Positions 59,098 to 64,000 of a DNA stretch of 64,000 bases are shown one piece after another. The stretch lies in the NCBI GenBank assembly GCA_964646765.1, contig CAZYIA010000002.1, positions 208,735 through 272,734 of the forward strand, written 5' to 3'. This stretch comes from an uncultured Candidatus Saccharibacteria bacterium. GTDB lineage: Bacteria > Patescibacteriota > Minisyncoccia > Phycocordibacterales > UBA9973. Both the position numbers and the translations under genes were made by a program. Under the pieces are notes generated by a model. It was not told the DNA's origin and did not search any database. It was given only the letters and a program-made list of their open reading frames with translations. How positions within the stretch are numbered: the stretch's first letter is position 1; each line of letters opens with the position of its first letter.

Positions 59098-59829
59098 ATG
59101 CAAAATAACACGGTCACTATCCGTAAAGATGTCATTATTGGTATCCTTCTTGGCGTTATTGTTCTTCTCGTTGGATACATTATTCTTAGAGATCAATTCA
59201 GGAGTGATGCTGTAGTTATTGCTCCAACAAACCAAACGACTAATCAAGAGCCGGTAGGGGAAACACCTACAACTGATACGCCGGCATTTTCAATTGCTTC
59301 TGATGGGCCAAATATTAAAAAATTCACATGGACAGCAAAAGGTCTCTCATTTAGCTATTCTCCTTTCGTCTACCAAGAAACAGAGGAATACTTTGGGCCT
59401 GATCTTTCTACACCAATCCAAGATCCGTCAGTTGATGTTGCTGGCCGTCTTGTTTTTCCTCGGGGATCTCTGGAAGTATTTGATAAAATAGCTACCGACA
59501 CTCCTGAACGAGCAGTTCGCACCCAGTTCTTAAACGGTGAAAACAATACTCCAACATGTACCGTAAAGCGGGTTTATGCCGAAGATGACGACGATTTCGT
59601 CTACTTACCAATTCCAGGAGTAACCTTTGTCCGAATGAAAGGCTCTGGCTGTCCAGAATTGTACCGTAGTGATGGTAGCGTTTCTGCAGGTTTCTTTGTA
59701 CTTGATTCTATGCCAGACAAACTTTTCTTTGTGACCACTTCTGACGGAGAAAATGTTGCTCTCCGCAGCCCTTCCGGTGTACCGTTCTTCGCTTCGTTCG
59801 CGAAAATTACTCCAACTGAAACACAGTAA
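59098..59829 (+). CDS. Membrane-anchored extracellular protein, hypothetical
   Basis: Single N-terminal TM, T/P-rich linker, beta-rich domain. Confidence 0.7.
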   Translation: MQNNTVTIRKDVIIGILLGVIVLLVGYIILRDQFRSDAVVIAPTNQTTNQEPVGETPTTDTPAFSIASDGPNIKKFTWTAKGLSFSYSPFVYQETEEYFGPDLSTPIQDPSVDVAGRLVFPRGSLEVFDKIATDTPERAVRTQFLNGENNTPTCTVKRVYAEDDDDFVYLPIPGVTFVRMKGSGCPELYRSDGSVSAGFFVLDSMPDKLFFVTTSDGENVALRSPSGVPFFASFAKITPTETQ

Positions 59830-59834
59830 TACGT

Positions 59835-60527
59835 ATGACAAGAACTCTTGGAATTTTACTTGCCATTGTTTGCATTATTGGCATTTTTGGATACGTTGTT
59901 GCAACTGATAATGCATGGGAAAAAGAAGTCGTTACAGATACCCAACCAATTGTCGTTTCTCAGGAAGAAAATGAAACTACGAGTTTAGATAAACATCCAG
60001 AGCAATTATCCATTGCAACTGACGAGCTTCTTTCTAAAATTGCTTTAGCCGTTACTGATACTCCGATCAAACCATTTACTTCAAAAAGCGTCGAAGCGCT
60101 GACTGTCGAAAATAAAGTAGGAATAATTAGTCTTCCTGGGAATAGTGCCACCGGTTCTCTTTCAGGATTAACTATTGAGAAAAAGAATGCACTTTGGCAG
60201 CAGTTTGAACAATCGGTTCTCGATGTTCTTCATAGTGCTTCGTTTGATGAAAATTTTCCTCTCTCAATAGAAGGAAATCGCGTTTTTGCCTTAAGTGCTG
60301 GTGGGGTAATGGGGGAAGAAATAGGACTGATCCGAAAAGTTGATACCGATTATCAATTTGCAGTTGTATCACTTCACTATACAGCTAAAGGCGCTGCGTC
60401 AGGACCAAATGAACCATACGTTCCTGAATGTCCTTGCACACTCGAGTACTCAATTTTTATTTCAGATCCAGTTAGTTTTTCTGAACTACTGGCACAAGTA
60501 CAAACCTTGAAGGCTCCTACAAACTAG
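59835..60527 (+). CDS. Secreted or membrane-anchored protein, hypothetical
   Basis: N-terminal hydrophobic helix; C-terminal 'CPC.L..SIF.SD'. Confidence 0.7.
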   Translation: MTRTLGILLAIVCIIGIFGYVVATDNAWEKEVVTDTQPIVVSQEENETTSLDKHPEQLSIATDELLSKIALAVTDTPIKPFTSKSVEALTVENKVGIISLPGNSATGSLSGLTIEKKNALWQQFEQSVLDVLHSASFDENFPLSIEGNRVFALSAGGVMGEEIGLIRKVDTDYQFAVVSLHYTAKGAASGPNEPYVPECPCTLEYSIFISDPVSFSELLAQVQTLKAPTN

Positions 60528-60566
60528 CGCTCTTTTACCTTTTGGACCACGTGGTAGGATAGTGGC

Positions 60567-61382
60567 GTGAGTCCAAAGAAATTTCAGGCAATCGTATACG
60601 GTTACTATAAGAAAAATGCCCGGCATATGTTGCCGTGGCGAGCACGAAGCGCAACACCATACCATATTTTGGTTTCTGAAGTGATGTTACAACAAACTCA
60701 AGCAGAGAGGGTTACGTCAAAATTTGTAGCATTTATAAAAAAGTTTCCAACGGTACAAAAATTGGCTCAAGCATCGCTGCGTGAAGTTTTGCTTATGTGG
60801 CAAGGGTTAGGGTATAACCGTCGCGCACGTAATTTAAAACGTGCCGCTGAGGAGATTGTTTCTAACTATAAAGGGAAAGTACCTACTACCGTCGAAGCAT
60901 TAGTTGCCTTGCCTGCTATTGGTCCATACACTGCTTCCGCTATTCGAGCCTTTGTCTGGAATATTCCTGACGTCTTTATTGAAACTAATATCCGGACAGT
61001 TTATATTCATCACTTTTTCCCGAAAAGAAAAAAGGTTTCTGATGATGAACTTTTACCTCTTATCGAAAAAACTCTCGATCGCACTAACCCAAAAGAGTGG
61101 TATGCCGCGCTTATGGATTACGGTGCCTATCTTAAGAAAACAGTGCCAAATCCAAGTCGTCGTAGCCATTCCCATGTGAAGCAGGCAGCATTTAAAGGCT
61201 CACTCCGGGAAGCTCGAGGTAAAATTTTACGATATGTAACAGAAAAGGGTAGTCTTCCGTTAAGGGAAATACCTAAAATTTTTAAGGATTTAGGTAGTGA
61301 ACGAACAAAAAGTGCGCTTGCTTCTCTCGTACAAGAAGGAATGTTGATAGCTCGAGGGGCTAGGGTGTATTTGAGAGAATAA
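60567..61382 (+). CDS. mutY: A/G-specific adenine glycosylase (MutY-like, HhH-GPD)
   Basis: LPWR, PY.ILVSEVMLQQTQ, W.GLGYNRRA, LPAIGPYTA, ETN. Confidence 0.88.
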   Translation: MSPKKFQAIVYGYYKKNARHMLPWRARSATPYHILVSEVMLQQTQAERVTSKFVAFIKKFPTVQKLAQASLREVLLMWQGLGYNRRARNLKRAAEEIVSNYKGKVPTTVEALVALPAIGPYTASAIRAFVWNIPDVFIETNIRTVYIHHFFPKRKKVSDDELLPLIEKTLDRTNPKEWYAALMDYGAYLKKTVPNPSRRSHSHVKQAAFKGSLREARGKILRYVTEKGSLPLREIPKIFKDLGSERTKSALASLVQEGMLIARGARVYLRE

Positions 61383-61406
61383 TTCATGATATAATTTTAA
61401 GCACTG

Positions 61407-61580
61407 ATGGACGAACGAGGAACGGATCAAAGCGAGTGGGGAGTACCCTCACATATAGAACATGAAGCCGACCGCCTCTACAGCGGCCTAACTTCTGTTT
61501 CCGAACTCGCTGAATCGTATTGCCCAAGTGACGTTGATCAAATTATTGCTTGTAACCGCCGAAAGTACCGAATTAGCTAG
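61407..61580 (+). CDS. Putative 57-aa small protein (below the ORF-track cutoff)
   Basis: MDERGTDQSEWGVPSHIEHEADRLYSGLTSVSELAESYCPSDVDQIIACNRRKYRIS; TGATATAAT upstream; stop 2 nt before the next ATG. Confidence 0.45.
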   Translation: MDERGTDQSEWGVPSHIEHEADRLYSGLTSVSELAESYCPSDVDQIIACNRRKYRIS

Positions 61581-61582
61581 CC

Positions 61583-62218
61583 ATGAAGATTAAAAAGCTT
61601 GGCCATTGCTGTCTCCGAATTGAAATAAATGGTGTTACCGTGCTTACCGATCCCGGAGCATGGTCTACGCTTCAAACAGAAGAAACTGGTATTCAGATTA
61701 TTTTGATAACGCATGAACATAGTGACCATCTTCATGTTGAATCCTTAAAGAAAGTACTTGCTAATAATCCGGAAGCGCAGATAGTTACTAACGCGTCTGT
61801 TGGTGTAATTCTGGAAAAAGAAGGAATTACATTTACAAAGTTAAGCGAGGGAGAATCAAACACTTTCTTTAATCTTTTGATTGAAGGATTTGGCCATGAA
61901 CACGCGCCAATTATTCCCGAAATTATACCAGTAGAGAACACGAGCTATCTTCTTGGTGAGAGTCTGTATATCCCAGGGGATGCTTTTGCGTTACCAAATA
62001 AAAAAGTAGATGTTCTAGCCCTCCCAGTGTGCGGTCCGTGGATGCATATGAGCGAAGCTGTAACATTTGCTCGCGCTATTAAGCCTCGTGTGGTGTTTCC
62101 AATACACGACGGCATGTTAAAAATCATTGGCCCATTTCATTTTGTACCAAAGATGGCACTCGAAAAGAATGGTATTGAATTTGTGCCAATGTTAGAAGGG
62201 GATGAGAAAGAGTTTTAG
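61583..62218 (+). CDS. Metallo-beta-lactamase-fold hydrolase
   Basis: LGHCC, TDP, THEHSDH, PGD, PIHD. Confidence 0.9.
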   Translation: MKIKKLGHCCLRIEINGVTVLTDPGAWSTLQTEETGIQIILITHEHSDHLHVESLKKVLANNPEAQIVTNASVGVILEKEGITFTKLSEGESNTFFNLLIEGFGHEHAPIIPEIIPVENTSYLLGESLYIPGDAFALPNKKVDVLALPVCGPWMHMSEAVTFARAIKPRVVFPIHDGMLKIIGPFHFVPKMALEKNGIEFVPMLEGDEKEF

Positions 62219-62822
62219 GGTGCCTCGTCTTTTTCAGGTACAAGAAAAAGTTAAAGAGCTCTATACAAAACAGCATGCTGATAAGTCATGGCAAGAATGG
62301 CTTTCATGGGCATATCCGAATCATGTATGTATCGTAGAAAAAGAAGCACAAAAACTTGCTGAGCGTTTTGGTGGCAACGTTGAATACTCATGTGTTGGTG
62401 CACTTTTACATGATATTGCCGATGCTGAACTTACTCGGGATAACCCAGCGCACCATGCTCGTTCCGAGGAGCTAGCCCGAGTGATTCTTAAAGAAAGTGG
62501 ATTTTCTTCCGAAGAAATTGAACAAATTGTGGTAGAGGTTATTGCTCCGCACTCATGTCGCGAATTGATGCCCACAGTATTTGAAGGAAAAATTCTAGCG
62601 ACAGCAGATGCTCTTGCACATCTCTCCACTGATTTTTATATATATTTTGCCTGGCAGCATTGGGGTAATAAAGGCGGTGTTCCTAAGTATTCTGATTTTC
62701 GAGAGTGGGTACTTTCCCGTATTGAGCGTGATTTCTATAAAAAAATTTGGTTTGATGAAATACGACAAGAGAATGAGCACTTTTATCGTGCCTTAAAAGA
62801 AAGTCTTTCTTCTACGCTCTAA
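62202..62822 (+). CDS. HD-domain metal-dependent phosphohydrolase
   Basis: H...V...A..LA, ALLHDI, HH..S, H, ADALAH; alternative GTG start at 62220. Confidence 0.88.
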   Translation: MRKSFRVPRLFQVQEKVKELYTKQHADKSWQEWLSWAYPNHVCIVEKEAQKLAERFGGNVEYSCVGALLHDIADAELTRDNPAHHARSEELARVILKESGFSSEEIEQIVVEVIAPHSCRELMPTVFEGKILATADALAHLSTDFYIYFAWQHWGNKGGVPKYSDFREWVLSRIERDFYKKIWFDEIRQENEHFYRALKESLSSTL

Positions 62823-63546
62823 TTTTAAGAGACTTTAAGAGATTCGTTTTTGCATCTCCAGTAAGTTCGCGGAAACGGCCTTCTTCGAGTGAGCCTAAGA
62901 GGACGTTCATAATACGCACGCGGTTAAGATCGTGTACTCGGTGACCGAGCGCTTCGCACATGCGGCGAATCTGGCGATTCTTGCCTTCGGTAAGAATGAT
63001 AGAGAACTTTTTATCACCAAGACGCTTCATTTTGCAAGGCTTTGTTTTGTAATCGCCTATATCTACGCCAGCAGCCATCTTCTTTAAGAATCCGTCATTA
63101 AATGGTTTTTCAGTTATAACCTCGTATTCTTTTTCGTGATCAAATTCAGGCTCTAGAAGCGGTTTTGTAATACGCCCATCATCGGTAATGATTAAAAGTC
63201 CACGAGAGTCTTTATCAAGACGGCCAACAGGGAATACTTTCTTTACCGGGAATTTTGTCGAGCGTAAAATATCTTTTTCTCCCTTTTGAGCGTTGGTTGT
63301 AACAATTCCTTTGGGTTTGTTGTAGGCATAGTAGTGGTACTTCTTTTCTTCGCCCTTTATTTGCACCATATCGCCTTCATAAACAATGGTACCTGGCTTA
63401 GCGACTGTTCCGTTTACAAATACGCGACCAGCCATTACCAGTTCGTCAGCGCCACGGCGAGAAGCGATTTGTTCCTCGCGTAAGTACACATTAATGCGTG
63501 TACCTTCTTTTTTCTCTGAGGGATTTTGTTGTTTGTTATTTTGCAT
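62812..63546 (-). CDS. RsuA/RluF-family rRNA pseudouridine synthase with S4 domain
   Basis: RIN.YL...SRRGAD, NKPKG, VGRLDKDSRGLL, EKEY, EGKNRQIRRM. Confidence 0.93.
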   Translation of the reverse strand: MQNNKQQNPSEKKEGTRINVYLREEQIASRRGADELVMAGRVFVNGTVAKPGTIVYEGDMVQIKGEEKKYHYYAYNKPKGIVTTNAQKGEKDILRSTKFPVKKVFPVGRLDKDSRGLLIITDDGRITKPLLEPEFDHEKEYEVITEKPFNDGFLKKMAAGVDIGDYKTKPCKMKRLGDKKFSIILTEGKNRQIRRMCEALGHRVHDLNRVRIMNVLLGSLEEGRFRELTGDAKTNLLKSLKIRA

Positions 63547-64000
63547 TGAGTTTTCTAGTTAAGAGGAGTGAACAGAGAATACCAATACCTAGAACCAGAA
63601 ACAAGGCAGTATAGTTTTCTCCAATTAAAATGAGACTTCCCAATACCGGAGCAATAACGTAGGCAAGTGGGCGGGCAGTACGGAAAAGGCTAATAATTTC
63701 TGTGTCGGAATCAGTAACTCGCTTAAAAAAGTACGTTTCAGACATCACTTCAACGGTTGCTGCACCGACACGAGTCAAAAATAGAATGCCGCCAAAGAGT
63801 AAAGGAAGCGGTGAATGAGTGAGAGCAAAAAGAATAGTTGCGCCACCCATAATGAGGAGGCCAAACGATAACATCTTTTTTTCACCAACAGTATCCGACC
63901 GGTGACCAAGAGGGTATTGAAGAATCACAAAGGCTGAGAGCATGAGAGTGAAGATAAAGCCAATAGTTTCGAATGAAAAACCCTGCTTCTCAAGATAGAG
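63536..64000 (-). CDS. MFS transporter, C-terminal part (5' end outside the window)
   Basis: Frame is open to the window edge; MFS motif-A-like 'G..SD..GEKK'; multiple TMs. Confidence 0.85.
   Translation of the reverse strand, partial: LYLEKQGFSFETIGFIFTLMLSAFVILQYPLGHRSDTVGEKKMLSFGLLIMGGATILFALTHSPLPLLFGGILFLTRVGAATVEVMSETYFFKRVTDSDTEIISLFRTARPLAYVIAPVLGSLILIGENYTALFLVLGIGILCSLLLTRKLNAK

Overview
64 kb of a bacterial chromosome using the standard genetic code. Gene content and style suggest Patescibacteria (CPR, Parcubacteria-like); this is an inference. Left to right: a type IV pilus cluster (pilB end, receiver protein, pilT, pilC, major pilin, pilD, minor pilins, and an unusually large ~1110-aa PilX-like protein), ligA, gatC-gatA, five tRNA genes, a compact prfB, ftsEX, pyrG and a MarR-controlled HlyD/DHA2 efflux operon. 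Next is an AT-rich ~15 kb element integrated in tRNA-Gln(CTG) (26.6-41.6 kb). It carries a C-protein + PLD-helicase + N6-adenine MTase restriction-like module, a large serine recombinase, terminase large and small subunits and a ParB-MTase but no capsid, portal or tail genes, and a LexA-DUF2188-CdnE-Cap15 (type I CBASS) operon. The rest is housekeeping, transport and hypothetical genes. The most unusual signal is non-coding: tRNA-Asp and tRNA-Thr(GGT) are each followed by a 150-180 bp mini-element with the same architecture. Each holds an antisense copy of its own tRNA's 3' end, split at the same position by a 25-nt covarying hairpin with a CTGC loop, and ends in GTAGC plus a direct duplication of the tRNA T-arm. 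All calls come from motif recognition by eye; no database searches were run.
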